Source of the DNA: Eledone cirrhosa
Taxonomy: Eukaryota
Reading direction: 5' to 3'
Length of the DNA stretch: 64,000 bases
NCBI GenBank assembly: GCA_964016885.1
Contig: OZ024740.1
Coordinates: 274,412,001 to 274,476,000 of the forward strand
Position numbers and translations under genes: made by a program. The notes beneath the pieces are model-generated. The model saw only the letters and a list, made by a program, of their open reading frames with translations. It searched no databases and had not been told where the DNA came from. This document shows positions 14,230 through 29,354 of the stretch, one piece after another (the stretch's first letter is position 1; each line of letters starts with the position of its first letter).

Positions 14230-14380
14230 GTACCAGACTGGCACTTTTATTACTGACCTCAAACAGATGAAAGGAAAAGTTGACCTTGATGGAATTTGAA
14301 CTCAGAGAGCAGAGAGCTGGAATGAATACAACAATGCACTGTATCTAATGTTCTAATGACTCCACCAATTCACAGCCTTG
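14230..14380 (-). mobile_element. Old Nin/Deu SINE
   Basis: ctggcacttttattactgacctcaaacagatgaaaggaaaagttgacc...atttgaactcag is the reverse complement of the family core. Confidence 0.65.
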
Positions 14381-16459
14381 TAAGCAGTGTAAGTAGTGTA
14401 AGCAGTAACGAAAACAATACATTTCATTATTGAAAGAAAAGAAGAAAGTAACCAAGACTAGTGGATTATCCTCAGGCCGGAGATCTGATTAGAATTCTTG
14501 CAACAGAGTGAACAGAGTTAAAAGCACTCAAATGTCAGGTGAATTACCTCAGATTCACTCCCAAGGTTTTGATTGGCCTGCTTTTGTATTATAGATGATA
14601 CTGGTCAAGATACTTAAAAATTGGATCAGACTGAAGCAAACCACTTAAGAACCTGGCTATGCCAGCCCCTATTATGCTGACAATATGATGAAAACTTAAT
14701 AAAAGCTAACAGATAATAGTTTTATATGTATTTATTATGAATGAACATAAACTGTATATTTTCAAAAACATCTGAACAGTATAAACAATAACATTTTTTA
14801 AGCATTATATTTTGCAAGTATTCAAATATTCTTTTAAAACTGAGGTGTATTGATATGACAGGACATGTGTTTATATGTATGTGACTGTATATAAATGTGT
14901 GAGTTAGTGTGTGCATGTGTGTGAAGTAAAAAGACAAAAAATTACAAACTAAAAATGCAAAGAGAAAAATATAAACAGACAGACATTCAAAAAATTGACT
15001 GCAATATACAAGTAAATCACTAACATAGAATTTAAACATAAACACACATGAATACATGCACTCACTTAAGCTCACACACACATATACATAAGTATTTAGA
15101 TACCTACATGACACATTAAATCCATATTCCAAGACCTTATTTTTTTTCTCTTAATGAATATCTAAGTTCTTATTTCCTACTTATATATCCTGTAAGTAGA
15201 GATACAAATCTAAGTACTAACAATTTCTAATAGCAGTAAGAATTACAAACCAACCAACCTCACTACCCCATTTAATTAGTCTTCATGATATAAAACATAG
15301 ATATAAAGATGTCAGTTTTGATTGACAGCAGAGAAGAGGTTATGTATATATATGTTTGTGCGCATGTATGTTAGTATATATATATATGTGTGTGTGTATT
15401 TACATATGTATATATTTGTGTATATATATATAGAGAGAGAGAGATAGATAGATAGATAAATATATATAGATATAATGTAGATAGATAGGAAAAAGATAGA
15501 TAGGTGAGTGAGTGTGTTTCTGTGCTTGCATATTTGCATATGACTGTATTGATGTGCATCTATATACGTTTGTGTGTATGTCTGTGCTCTGTGTCTCTCA
15601 GTGTGTGTATGAAAGCATAATATTGCACTGCAAAGGAAATAGTTTGCAACATTTGTTCTACACAGTTACAGTTACTCCATTTTGATTCACACAATCAAAA
15701 ATGTATTCAATAAGTGATTAGCCTGTTGCAAGCAATTAGCTAATGACATTATTGTGCAGAATTGCAAAATAAAATAATTACTGGGGTCGATTTAATATTC
15801 TTAACATATTCTATATGTTAAAGGAAATATAATGGAAGATTTTCCTCTTCAATAGAATTTTGCCTATGTTTTGATTTAGTGGTTTCAGCTTGTATTCTTT
15901 GGCCATTCTGGATCACTACCATCATGGTAAAGACCTCCATCATTATTATTATCTGAAGACCACTGATTGACAAAATCAGTAAATTGTTGGGACAAAATGT
16001 TGGCAGTGTTTAATGTTATCCATTTATGTTCTGAATTTCAAATTTACTTTGCATTCTTCTGAGTTCAATAAGTATCAGTCAAATATCAGTTTATGCCTAT
16101 ATCTAATCTAGAAAATCCCTAAAGAGGCTGTTAGTGCATTGAATCGAATGCTTAGTGGTATTTCTTCCAGTTCTTTGGGCTCCAAGTTTAAATCTTACTG
16201 AAGTCAATTTTGCCTTTCATTCTTGTAAGTTTGACTTAAAATACATCCAATGTCCTCTTGTAAGTAGATGGTGTTAGAAAAGGCATCCAGCCATAGAAAC
16301 AAAGCAAAGAATTGAGAATTGGAAAGTATTAGTGTAAGATGTTCCTCTGTCCCAACCAGCAGTGCACTGATCCAGAATAAGAACTGACTTGGTCAATAGC
16401 CACCTGCTCAACCTATGCCACTATGAAAAACATTTGCAAAGTGAGTATGATATATATAT

Positions 16460-16632
16460 AGTATTAATAAATGTGAAGACTAAAATCCGAAGAGGGCTTG
16501 ATAAGGATTATATATATATATATATAAAACCCATACAGATTAAAGTTTAAGCAAAAATCACTGCTTTCAGTTTCAGGAGATCCCGTAAAAGAGTGAAAGC
16601 AGTGATTCTTTGTTTAAACTTTAATCTGTACA
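16460..16632. mobile_element. Hairpin-plus-tail element (family 1)
   Basis: Tail at 16460-16508 (minus). Inverted arms 16534-16569 and 16594-16630. Homologous to 21419-21640. Confidence 0.75.
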
Positions 16633-16715
16633 TATAATATATATTTACCAAGGAAACAATAGAGATAGAAAAAGTGTTATTAGTTTTACAATTTATATGG
16701 AGAAGGTGAAAGAAA

Positions 16716-16750
16716 TTTCAACGTTTCAGGCCTTAGCCATTTTTCAGGGG
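16716..16750 (-). ncRNA. Degenerate hammerhead-like motif of a PLE terminal repeat
   Basis: Minus: cccCTGAAAAtggc-taag-gcctGAAACGTTg; the core deviates from CUGANGA. Confidence 0.4.
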
Positions 16751-17684
16751 TACAAAAATAGAGACAGGATCACTAGGGATAGGTACAGAAAAATATACCA
16801 TGTATATTCTGAATTTAACATCGATACACCATATCCTTTTATGTTACAAAAGATTACTAAAATAGTTGCTATCTGGATAGTCCTACGATAAAACACTGTC
16901 TTGAAAAGTTCTATCCAGCCCATAAGGGCATGAAAAAAAATGGAAGTAAAAACAATGATGATGATGATATATAAAGCAATATTTACAAACTTAAATCTAT
17001 AGATGTAACTGTTCAACCATCCCATTGATATTCATACATTCACATATAGATGTACCCACTCACTTACACAGACACACATACACATAGACCTATACATAGG
17101 CCCACACATAAAAGTTTGACATCTTTCCATTAATATCAATTAAAATGTTGGTCAGAATAGATTCCCTTTGTAAATTTCATTTCATTGTTTACAAAGGTTA
17201 TTTGAAAACTATTTTTCATTTTCTCTAAATACATGCAGCAATTCTTTTCCAGTTAAGCTTTCCCAGAGATTACCAAAATTCCATAACTCATAAAAAATAG
17301 AGTCCTATATGACCATTATTTTCTCTTATTTTTGAGAATTTTGTCAAAACTATGAATCGAAAATAAAGTTATCCTTTAAAAAAGAGGAGAAAATATGACA
17401 ACCATATGTGTGATATATATACTGAATTTTATATTTTGTTTTATTGTATTTTCTTTAATATTAGAAAAACTGAATTTTTGCAGCCTTCATAAAAAGGTAT
17501 GTATATACATATATCTTTGGCATAAGAGCAAGTTTTGTGCATGAAATGTAAATAGGATGTATCAACCCCAGCATATAACTAGTAAAAAGTAACCCAGTGC
17601 AATCTGTTGCATGCTCAGGGTTGTTGGTATGAAAACTAGGAATCCCACCATGCCTTGGTGAAGGGTGATTTTGTGACACTCTCA

Positions 17685-17890
17685 TTATCATCATCATCAT
17701 CACTGTTTAATGTCCATTTTTCTACTCTAGCATGGGTTAGATATGTTGTCCCATTGTGAGACAAGTCAGATCAGGTAACTATGTCTTGCTCATACAGAAC
17801 TGGTTCTGGCTTAATTTTTATGACTGGAGGCTCTTCCTAACACCAACCACATTTACAGTGTGTATTGGGTGTTTTTTGTCATGACACCTA
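17685..17890 (-). mobile_element. RTE 3' UTR fragment
   Basis: (CAT)n, ctagcatgggttaga...cttcctaacaccaaccacatttacagtg. Confidence 0.75.
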
Positions 17891-18635
17891 CACTCTTCAG
17901 AATAAAAAAATAAAACAAAACACCTCAAAGGGCTGATGAGCTCAAGAGAGATGACAGTCATCCAATAGTTTACTATTGGATATGATTGTGTGTATGTGTG
18001 TGTATTTACATGTTTATCTAAATGTACATAAGCAAAGATTAATCTTACTTGAAACCTGTGTGCAATGTCTGGTTATGTTGCTGTGTTTTTGTTCACTGCT
18101 AGCTTAGTGGCTTCAAATATTTTGAGTGGGTTTCTCATGTCAAACAAATGTTTGTCACTATAGAATTTCATATGGAGTCACATTTTTCAACCCATATTTT
18201 TCCCACAGTACAATTTAGGAGGACTTTAACTGCTTGACATCACTAACTGACAACACACCTTTTGTCTATAACAATGAAATATTGTCACTTCTGTAGTTTT
18301 CTCATTCAGAAAGTGTAGTATAGATGTGAGCAGTCAAAATTTTCTGATTGTCTATGCTACCACATGCAACACTAAAGTGTTGTCAGTGCTCAGGAAGGCT
18401 CTCTTAGTCTTGCCATATAGTTGTATGCCTTTTTCGTATTCAGAGCCTATAACAGGAAGGAATACAAAGGGTGGTAGTATTCGATAATGAGCAAATAAAC
18501 ATCATATTTACTGATATAATTTTCCTACCAACAGAACAGCTAGAAATAGCCTCCAAATCATCTTCAATATATTTATATATACATATGTATGTGTATTTAA
18601 AATCCATTCTACTGTGGCATCGATATATATATATA

Positions 18636-18925
18636 TTCTCAGACCGGGTGATGTGTTGTTTCCTTGAGCAAGACACTTTATTTCACATTGCTCCAGTTTA
18701 CACAGCTGTAGAAATGAGATGATAGGGACTGGGGTCCATATCATTCCACTGTAAAGTGGTCGTGGAGGTGCCACAAAAAAGCACCCAGCACTCACTGTAA
18801 AAATGAGGTTGGTGTTAGGAAGGGCATCCAGCTGTAGAAATCAAGCCAAAATCAGTTCCCGTCCCACCCTTGCAAGCAGGGAAAAAGCGGACGTAAAATG
18901 AAATGATGATGATGATGATGATGAT
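18636..18925 (+). mobile_element. tRNA-CORE SINE, 5'-truncated at (TA)n
   Basis: Starts at ttctcagaccggg; CORE, RTE tail and (GAT)n present. Confidence 0.88.
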
Positions 18926-18931
18926 ATATAT

Positions 18932-19151
18932 GAAACTGTATGACCCTGACAGCAGAACTCAGGCCGTTTCAACGGCTATTTCTGGACTAAATTCTGAATT
19001 TAGTCCAGAAATAGCCATCGAAACGTCTTGAGCTCTGCCGTCGGGGTCATACATTTTCCTATTACCCACTCTACTACCCTAAGTATTGAGTACTCTGGTG
19101 CGTTATGGTCCATATGGTCCATCTGGTTCCTTACCACAACTCCTTCGTTTT
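18932..19151 (+). mobile_element. Hairpin-plus-tail element (family 2)
   Basis: Arms ~18937-18994 and 18996-19053, then tail attacccactctactaccctaagtattgagtact...ccttaccaca running into (TA)n. Confidence 0.85.
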
Positions 19152-19751
19152 ATATATATATATATATATGGTTAAGCTTGCTAGGTGAGTAGTGTGATTT
19201 TGGACACCCTGTGGGATGAAAAAGAAAGGACGGAAGAACTCAAGAGAGTCAATGGCCATCCAATAAAGTTTTTTTTTGTGGAGCGAGAGACTCCTTGTCT
19301 TTATTGAGATATCTCTGTCAGAGAAGGTCACTCTAATATAAAACCTGCAACTTTGTTTGCATCCAATGATGTAGACCAGTTCTTCGTTTTGGGTAAATGC
19401 ATTTGATGTCTATGCAAACCCTTTCCTCACTTAAAAAAGATTTAAGCATACACTTTTTTGTGACTCATGGCATTGCTGGCCATAGACAGGTTCCTAGCAG
19501 GTCTAGGAAGTCACGTCAGTGATGCTTATGCTTATATATCAAGCAATGGCATTACTTGAAATCAAGTTGCAGTCATGATCATCATCATATATATATATAT
19601 ATAGTATGTAGATAAATCTACCAAAATGTACGGTAGTGTCCAATCCGTATGAAGAACTCAATGTAATCCGAATATCATGAAAAGAGAAGATGTATTCAAC
19701 TTTTTTTCTTTTTTTTTTTTCCGATGAAAAATACAGGAAAACAGAGTCAAG

Positions 19752-19867
19752 ATAAATTAATAAAAATAATGAATAAAAACAAAGAAACAGTTCCTTATAT
19801 TAAAAAATGAATTTTTTAATATAAGGAACTGTTTCTTTGTTTTTATTCATTATTTTTATTAATTTAT
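19752..19867. repeat. Perfect ~57-bp-arm palindrome abutting (TA)n
   Basis: ataaattaataaaaataatgaataaaaacaaagaaacagttccttatattaaaaaat-ga-reverse complement. Confidence 0.9.
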
Positions 19868-20195
19868 ATATATATATATATATATGTGAGTTACAAATTG
19901 GCATAGCCCACATCTCTCCATCTCCCCTAACTTTTGAAGATCATGAAGCTTATGAAACTGGTAAAGTTATAAATAATTGTAAATAAACCTTCTTAAAGAA
20001 TTAAATTGCATTATCAACTTCTTTTTCCTATATTATCATCATCATCATTTAATGTCCATCTTCCACGGGTTAGATGGTTTTGTTCCATTTGATGCGGGAT
20101 TGGTCGGGAGACCATATCTCACTCGTACGGAAGTGTCTCTGACAGGTTTTTTACAGCTAAATGCCCTTCCTAACACCAACCACATTTACAGTGTG

Positions 20196-21418
<1,223 letters not shown>

Positions 21419-21421
<3 letters not shown>

Positions 21422-21637
21422 ATTAAAATGACAGATTAAAGTTTAAGCAAAGAATCGCTGCTTTCACCCTTAACGGGATCTTCTGAAACCCGTTAAGGGT
21501 GAAAGCAGCGATTCTTTGCTTAAACTTTAATCTGTTATTTTAATAAATATTTGCTCTACGGTTCTTATATATCTAATAAATATTTGTCCTTATCCAGCCC
21601 TCTTTGGATTTTAGTCTTCAAATTTATTATTATTACT

Positions 21638-21640
<3 letters not shown>
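21419..21640 (+). mobile_element. Hairpin-plus-tail element (family 1)
   Basis: Near-perfect ~59-bp arms at 21419-21477 and 21489-21547, AATAAA, conserved tail; (TA)n on both sides. Confidence 0.85.
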
Positions 21641-21711
<71 letters not shown>

Positions 21712-21715
<4 letters not shown>

Positions 21716-22897
21716 TCATCATCATCATCATCATCATCATTTTACGTCCGCTTTTCCCTGCTTGCAAGGGTGGGACGGGTCTTATTCAGCACAGCATCTC
21801 TCCACTCGTCACGGTCCCTCGTCATCTCCACCGTGAGCTTCAATGATCTGAGGTCTGTTCTCACCACCTCCGCCCATGTTTTTCGTGGTCTACCTCTACC
21901 ACGTCTTCCTTCAACTGGCATTTCCTGGCACTTCTTCACCCATCGGTCATCCTCCATGCGCATCACATGTCCATACCACCTCAGTCTCCTCTCCCGTACA
22001 CTACATTCTATCCCTCTCAGACACAGTTTCTCTCTCAACACATTTATGCTGGGTCGTTCACGCACATTTACACTGCACATCCAACGGAGCATGCTTGCCT
22101 CATTTCTCTCCAGCCGTCGCATATCTTCTGCGGTAGCTGCCCATGTCTCACTACCATGCAGCATCGCGCTCCTCACACAGGCATCATACAACCGGCCTTT
22201 CGTACGCAGGGAGAAACCCTTCTTCGTCAACAGAGGAAGCAGCTCCCTAAACTTCTTCCAACCCGTCCTTATTCTAGATACTATGGCCTCGGAACACCCT
22301 CCTCCCATGCTAATCTGATCTCCTAGGTACCGGAAGCTATCCACCACTTCTAAAGCGCCCTCTCGCATTTGAAAAATGTGTCTATCAGTGCGACTTCTAC
22401 TGTCTAATTTCCCTGTACATCTACTGCATACATATTTCTCCCTACCTGTTAGTTTGCCTGCTATCTCGCTACATCTCTTGTGTACCCAGGACCTACACTG
22501 TGTGCATTTTATAGAATTTATGCCAGTTCCTTTTCTGCATATCGAACATGGCCATTTCCCTGACGGAATCAGGGTTTTGTCCTCTTTTCTACTCATCAAC
22601 ACTTTTGTCTTAGCTAGATTTACTCTCAGTCCTCTTGCTTCCAACTGCTGTTTCCATAGCCGGAATTTATTCTCTAGCTCCTCTACTGATTCTGCCATAA
22701 GAGCCAGATCGTCAGCATAGAGAAGTTCCCATGGACAGCCAGTCTTAAACTCCTCTGTTATGGCTTGGAGGACTATAATGAACAAGAGCGGGCTGAGGAC
22801 CGAACCCTGATGTACTCCTACTTGTATCTGGAATTCCTCACTAAACTCCATTCCTACCCTGACTTTACTGAGAGTACCTCTGTACAAAGTTTGCACA
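21712..22897 (-). mobile_element. RTE LINE subfamily B, 5'-truncated, uninterrupted 384-aa RT-PHD-C-terminal frame
   Basis: [20 protein letters not shown]4HC3 cluster, FRYLG, RRLRWYGHV, GRPRKTW. The stop codon lies directly before the (GAT)n tail; flanked by (TA)n. Confidence 0.95.
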
Positions 22898-23138
22898 TAT
22901 ATATATATATATATATGTGTGTATATATATATATATGTATCTATGTTGTTTACTTGTCCCCCTCGCTTTACGCGATTTACTTGTCCCGATAACTTTTTTT
23001 AGTTATTGCTCGCACCAACCTGAGGTATATGATTTTTAATGCGATGAAATACCAATGATGGTTGGAAAATCACTGACGAAGGACTATTTTTATCATATGT
23101 AACCCATGTGCAACCACGCAGTATTCTTCTTTCTTCTC

Positions 23139-23177
<39 letters not shown>

Positions 23178-23421
23178 AATATATAAACCTAATTAAATAT
23201 TCTAAATAGCAACTCACAATAGAGTAACATTTATTAGTACCCCTTTCCCCTAATTATATACATTCATTTTTACCTTTTAATGTTTTAGCTTCCTTAGGTT
23301 TATGCGTTAATGACTAAAAGCAACAAGGTACACAACCACCCGTAATTGCATGAGTAAAAAAATATATCTATGTATGATATGGAAATATATGTATGTGTGT
23401 GTGTATATATATATATTTATG

Positions 23422-23486
<65 letters not shown>

Positions 23487-23622
23487 ATATGTATGTGTGT
23501 ATATATATATATATGTGTGTATATATATATATGTGTGTTTGTGTGTGTATATGTGAGTATATGAGTATGAGTGTTTATATATGAGTGTGCGTACATGTAT
23601 GAGGTGTGTACATACACACACA

Positions 23623-24460
23623 TATCATCATCATCATCATCACCGTTTTACGTCCGTTCTTCCATGCTAGCATGGGTTAGACAGGTTGTCCTGTTGTGGG
23701 CAGTGTCCGGTCGGCTGACCATGCCTTGCTCATACAGGAACTGATTTTGGCTTGATTTCTACAGCTGGATGCCCTTCCTAACACCAACCTCATTTACAGT
23801 GAGTGCTGGGTGCTTTTTTTCGTGGCGCCTACACGTCCACTTTACAGTGTGGGCTGGGTGCTTTTTGCCGTGGCACCTCCACGATCACCTTACGGTGGGG
23901 TGTGTGGGGGCATATTGTCTATATGCTTCAGCTTGTACCCATGGGAGGTCGGGTACTCTGTATTACCGCGTGACGCCAGAGGTCACGGTCGTGTGTCATC
24001 GCCTTTGAGAGGTGCAACTGGGTAATGTCGGCCCCTATCACCTCATCCCTGGTCTTCTTGGGTCTCCCCACTCCGCGGCTTCCATTGAATTCTAGTGCTC
24101 TGCACCTTTTTATGCAGCTGTCATCCTTCATACGCATCACATGTCCATACCAACACATCCGCCTCTCCTGCACACAGCATTTGATCCCTCTGATGCTCAG
24201 TCTCTCTCTCAATTCATTTATGCTTTGCCGTTCGCGTATATTACTATTACACATCCATCGGAGCATGCAGGCTTCGTTTCTTTCTAATCTACGTAAGTCT
24301 TCCACCTTCAGTGCCCAGGTCTCACTACCATGTAACATTGCTGTTCGGATACACGCATCATTCAGTCTGCCTTTCATTTTGATGGAGAAGCCTTTTGCAG
24401 CTAGCAGTGGCAGTAGTTCCCTGAACTTCTTCCATCCCGTTCTTACCCTAGTTATTTTAC
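23623..24460 (-). mobile_element. RTE LINE subfamily A, 5'-truncated
   Basis: ORF 23928-24377 (LHGSETW...ERRMCWYGHV), 3' UTR and (GAT)n tail. Confidence 0.93.
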
Positions 24461-24461
24461 T

Positions 24462-24519
<58 letters not shown>

Positions 24520-25470
24520 TGTGTATATATATATATGTATATATGTGGGTATAGGTGTGTATGTGTTGATATAGATATGTATGGATATGTGTGTATATGA
24601 TTATGCGCACATGTGTAAATATGTATCTAGGTTTGCATCTATGTGTGCGTATGTATATTTTTGATTGGATATCAATATAACTGTACCTCTCTATATATAG
24701 TGTAGTTATATGCACTTTGTAATCTATGAAATTTATGTGTTTTAACTATGCCAACATGTATTTATCTGAGTTTGATTAATTATACATAAACATACTTGAT
24801 AGTATTTTAGATCGTATCATATGCTGTATTGTACTGAGTGCAATTTATCAGACCGTACTATATTGTGTTGGTTATGTTGTATATTATCGCATTACTGTAT
24901 TTCATTATCGTATTATAATTTTCATCTTTTAATATACCATCTTATCTAACCATAACCTTAATTTATATTCACCTAAAAACTCAATACAACACTAATCACC
25001 ATTTATTTTTACATTTATTTTTATTTTTATTTTTACATTCCTTTTAAACTTCACTATACCAGAATCATTCAACTATCAGTTTGACAATCCCTTTCCTCCT
25101 AATAGATTTTTATGACAATTCTACTATTAACACAATTCAACCATTCCTTTCAAAGGGTCATGACCTCAACTAAAGTGTATTACTTTTCATCTTAACACCA
25201 TATGAAAAAAACAACTTGATTGGTTAGTTCTTCAAAGACCTCCAAACAAGGACATGATACTAACATACTACTAATTCTGAATAAAATGATTATTGCTTTT
25301 GAAAACAGCTGGTGATATGCATGTAAGTAAATATTCTCTTTATCTGATATTTTGTAACTAACCTTACATAGATCAATAACGGAGTATAGCTACAATGTAT
25401 CATCATCACCTAGAAACGATAGTAAAGCAGTGAAGTATATGACTTGATTTTTTATTTCATTTTTTTAACT

Positions 25471-25522
<52 letters not shown>

Positions 25523-26037
25523 GAGAGAATGAGGGAGAGATAGATAGAGAGGGCAGAGATAAGGACAGAGAGGGAGAGCGAGAGAGAAATGAAAAGAAAT
25601 AAGATGAAAGTGAGCCACATATATATATAGGTAGTTGCATTAGAAAAGCAGACATACATACATACATACACATACATGAATATGTGTGTATAACCTTTGC
25701 AAGCAGGTAAAGCAGGTGCTAAATGATGATGATGATGATATAAATGTATATATAGACACATTGTCACATATTTGTTTTCAATAAACTTATCAACACTTAA
25801 AGACTTGGTTAATTAATTTCTTAAAGAGATTTATGAATCCATTGGGATAGAGTGGTTGACATAAAATAGAATGTTGTTTTCTTTTATTACTGTAAAGTGA
25901 GAAAAACCTACTCTCCAAAATATGATCCTAGATGTCTAGGATTGCTTACTACTAATAATTGGCAGTAAGTACTTAAGTAATAATCCTCATGTTACAACTA
26001 AGATATCATTAGTGTCATTATAGTGCTGTTGTTTTGG

Positions 26038-26072
<35 letters not shown>

Positions 26073-26397
26073 CACTTTATATGCCATGACTACTGAGGAT
26101 CAACTGGATACTTAAGGTAAGCATCGTTGGTTTTTACAGTTTTCGATAGCTTCTATTTTTTTCTTTTATATATTGTTTCGTTCTCACATTCACTTAACAA
26201 GTCATATCACAAAAATTCATTGGCAAATAAGTTTTTAAACAACTGAGAAAATAAACATAGAGAGCTGGGAGTAGGAGTAGATAAAAATAAGTATTAAGGA
26301 GTATAAAAGATATGAATTAATTTTGCATTAAGGATATTTTAATACCATTAAAATTACTCTAGAAATTAAACAGAAAAGATACTGTGTTGATATATAT

Positions 26398-27345
26398 TAC
26401 AAAGACAAACATTTACGAAGTATGTAGATGGTATTTGTTAGAATTATCTTGTAGATTTCATAGATGCTAGATTTACCAGATATATTTTTGAACACCTTTC
26501 TTTATGACACTTATCACTACTGGAATAGTTTGGGTTTTAATGTGACACATTCTATTAATCTCAATTTCTAGATCTTTATATTTTGCATGTTATCCATACC
26601 CTTTTTCTGACACATTTCTGTCAGATTGTGCAGTCATGTCAATGAGTAAGCAGGTCCTGTATTGAAAATCTTTCATAATATCAGTGCAGTTTTCATTAAT
26701 AGTGTGATCTATGTAAATGATAAATTCCCAAAGGATTGTTACTCATTCAGTTTTAATTTGTGGTTTGTGTTCATACCAGCTAACTGTATGTTTTGCATTG
26801 TGTTGTTTACATATTATCCAATGGATATATTGCCCCACCCTATCATGTCTAATCACATATTTAGTTGGTGCTAATGTGAGGCATCCTGATATTATATAGT
26901 CAATTGTTTCAAGCTGTATGTCACATATTTGGGGTCTGCTCCATTCCTGAGAATATTTGCCTGATTATTCCTGATTCCGAGCAGCAAAAATATAGCCTTT
27001 TGTTTCAGCCTTGAATTGCAAACTTTACAGGTACTGATGGATTTGGGGTTGATCTACATCAGCATCTTGGGTGTGAAGTGGGAACTGGCTGCGAAGAGAT
27101 TTACATTGCCATGTCTCTCTAAATATTTTTAGATCTTGTAACTTTGACTTGCATCTGGGGATTTTTATTGCTTTAGTTAGAATTAGGTCAGCTTCATTAT
27201 TTAGATGTATGTCTTCGATTTTTAGTTCATTCCTGTACTTCCCTGTCTATTTGAGTATTATTTCAGCATTTAGTTATCTGTAGTTTGAATCCAGTGATTG
27301 ATATTTTGCATGACAGCTCAATCTTGGCCATTCCTCTAGCTCTAC
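26398..27345 (-). mobile_element. R4/Dong-clade (RLE) non-LTR element C-terminus, decayed
   Basis: Manual minus translation: KAETKGYIFAA...ETIDYIISGCLTLAPTKYVIRHDRVGQYIHWIIC...WYEHKP...TILWEF...CLLIDM...KYKDLEIEINRM...TIPVVI. Confidence 0.85.
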
Positions 27346-27560
27346 TTATGTATATATCACCAACATCATCATTTAACTTCCATGTTCCACACTAGCATGG
27401 GTTAGATGTGTCGTCCTATTTGAGGCAATTTGCATCAGGTGGCCGTGTGTTACTCATATGTAAGGCGTCCGACCGAACTAGAAGCTACTAAATGTGTGGC
27501 CGCCTTCTTGTCTCTCTGCCTTTTCAGCCCCATGGATTATATTCCTTTCTTAGATTTTGA

Positions 27561-27618
27561 ATACCTGATGATGTCACTGGATTCATACTGAACCCGGTCA
27601 TTGAAATGTTCATAGTAT
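27561..27618 (+). ncRNA. Type I hammerhead ribozyme motif (PLE terminal repeat)
   Basis: atac CTGATGA [tgtcactggattca-tac-tgaacccggtcat] tGAAA tgttc ATA gtat, then AATAAA and (TA)n. Confidence 0.6.
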
Positions 27619-27694
27619 AATAAACCTTTAAGGAATTACACCAGTCTAGCCTCTTGTTATTTTATAAGATATATATATATATATATATATATAT

Positions 27695-28350
27695 CCAGTG
27701 TAACTAGGAGTTACTGCAGGTTCACCCGGGAGAGCACTCGATGTTTAGGTTCACTTCTGTGATGAGGTGTAGAGCTATACAGAGTGTAATATATTGAAAG
27801 GATAACAAGGATGATTGATTACTCCTTCATTGCATTTATTGATAGGTGACGCGCGTTTCGCCACTGATCAGCTCAAGGTTTGATCTGTATCGATCCTACC
27901 CGACTCAATAATCGGCGGCTCGACGGACCCTCTTAAAATGCTATAAGAAAATGAAATACATGCTATGTGGTAAAGTCAGAGTTTCAAGAGTTTGACAAAA
28001 TGAGTTGTTTTGATTGGTGGGAAGAATCAAGGGGATGTACTGGCCTGTAGTGTATATGGGGTGGATGTGATGGTGAGATGTTGGTGACGGTCGGTGGATG
28101 AGATGGGCTGTGGTGCGGTGGTGGTGGGTTGGCCTTGGCCTGTAGAGTATGTGGAGGTGGATGTGATGATATGATGGTGGTTATGGTCGCTTACTGGGAT
28201 GGGCTGTGGTATGAGGTTAGTGGATTGTTGGTAGACAGTTTGGCGTGTGTGGGGTGTGGTTGTGGTGTTGTTGTTTATGGTAGTGGCGTTTGTGGTGGTG
28301 TGGTGGATGTGTTAGTGGTGTCAAGTCCTTACGGAGATACATAGCTAGAC
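27695..28350 (-). mobile_element. PLE-like 3' region with variant hammerhead (27847-27930)
   Basis: Minus: ggt CCGTCGA gccgccgat...atcagtggc GAAAC gcgc GTC acc, then AATAAA and (TA)n. The 5' boundary is uncertain. Confidence 0.5.
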
Positions 28351-28752
28351 GCTCTTCATCTGACAAATACGTTGTATATATGTATACACACACACATATG
28401 TATATATGCGCACATATATTGATGTATAAACACACACAAAACACATATGCACACCATCGGCCACACATATTGACGCACATGCATATACAGCCATATGTAT
28501 ATATACGCACATGTATGTGCATGCGCGCATGCGGACACAAATATGGAGAGTGGGGGAGTATCGGTGGGGGTGGCGATGGACAAAGATGGAGGGAAGGTGA
28601 GAGGCAATGGAGAAGGTGTTATACATACACATACATAGACTCATACACACATACGGATATGGGCACATACATGCACACACACATATACAAAACATACACA
28701 TACACACACACACACACGTATACACACACATATATATAAAATATATATATAT

Positions 28753-29084
28753 ATGGCTTAGTGGTTAGAGCATTGGCCTTGCAATCGAAAGGTTGTGAGT
28801 TCAATTCTCAGACCGGGTGATGTGTTGTTTCCTTGAGCAAGGCACTTTATTTCACATTGCTCCAGTTTTCTCAGCTGTAGAAATGAGACGATAGGACTGA
28901 GGTCCTTATCATTCCACTGAAAAGTGGTCATGCAGGTGCCGCGGCAAAAAAGCACCCAGCACTCACTGTAAATGAGGTTGGTGTTAGGAAGGGCATCCAG
29001 CTGTAGAAATCAAGCCAGCATCAGTTCCCGTCCTACCCTTGCAAGCAGGGAAAAAGTGGACGTAAAATGAAATGATGATGATGA

Positions 29085-29088
<4 letters not shown>
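28753..29088 (+). mobile_element. tRNA-CORE SINE with RTE tail
   Basis: A and B boxes, CORE and tail; (TA)n on both sides. Confidence 0.9.
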
Positions 29089-29120
<32 letters not shown>

Positions 29121-29354
29121 CAAGGAAACAGCAAACAGAGGTATATACTTATATAGAGAGAGTGGGACCTTCATTCATGAAAAGTTTTACTGAGCATAAA
29201 ATTATAAAACATCTCGGTTGATGAACAGTGACTCGAATCATGCAACCTGGACACAACAGTCGGTGACATGATGAGAGTACCAGTGAGAAAGCATCACTTG
29301 CTGTGTACTTAATTATTGTGGTGATATTTATCTGTCTTTCACACAGTCTCTCAC

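Noticed and set aside
17930-17965. CTGATGAG-ctc-aaga-gag hammerhead-like start
   Set aside because: The GAAA half of the core is missing.
21551-22720. Long ORFs antisense to RTE copies
   Set aside because: Shadow frames of the LINE ORF with no independent motifs.
22940-23135. CpG-containing TA-bounded segment, possibly Helitron-like
   Set aside because: Single copy in the window and no clear terminal hairpin or CTAG end.
25290-26125. Possible plus-strand micro-exon (25310-25323) and donor AAG|GTAAGC (~26116)
   Set aside because: Splice motifs alone arise by chance; no recognisable peptide.
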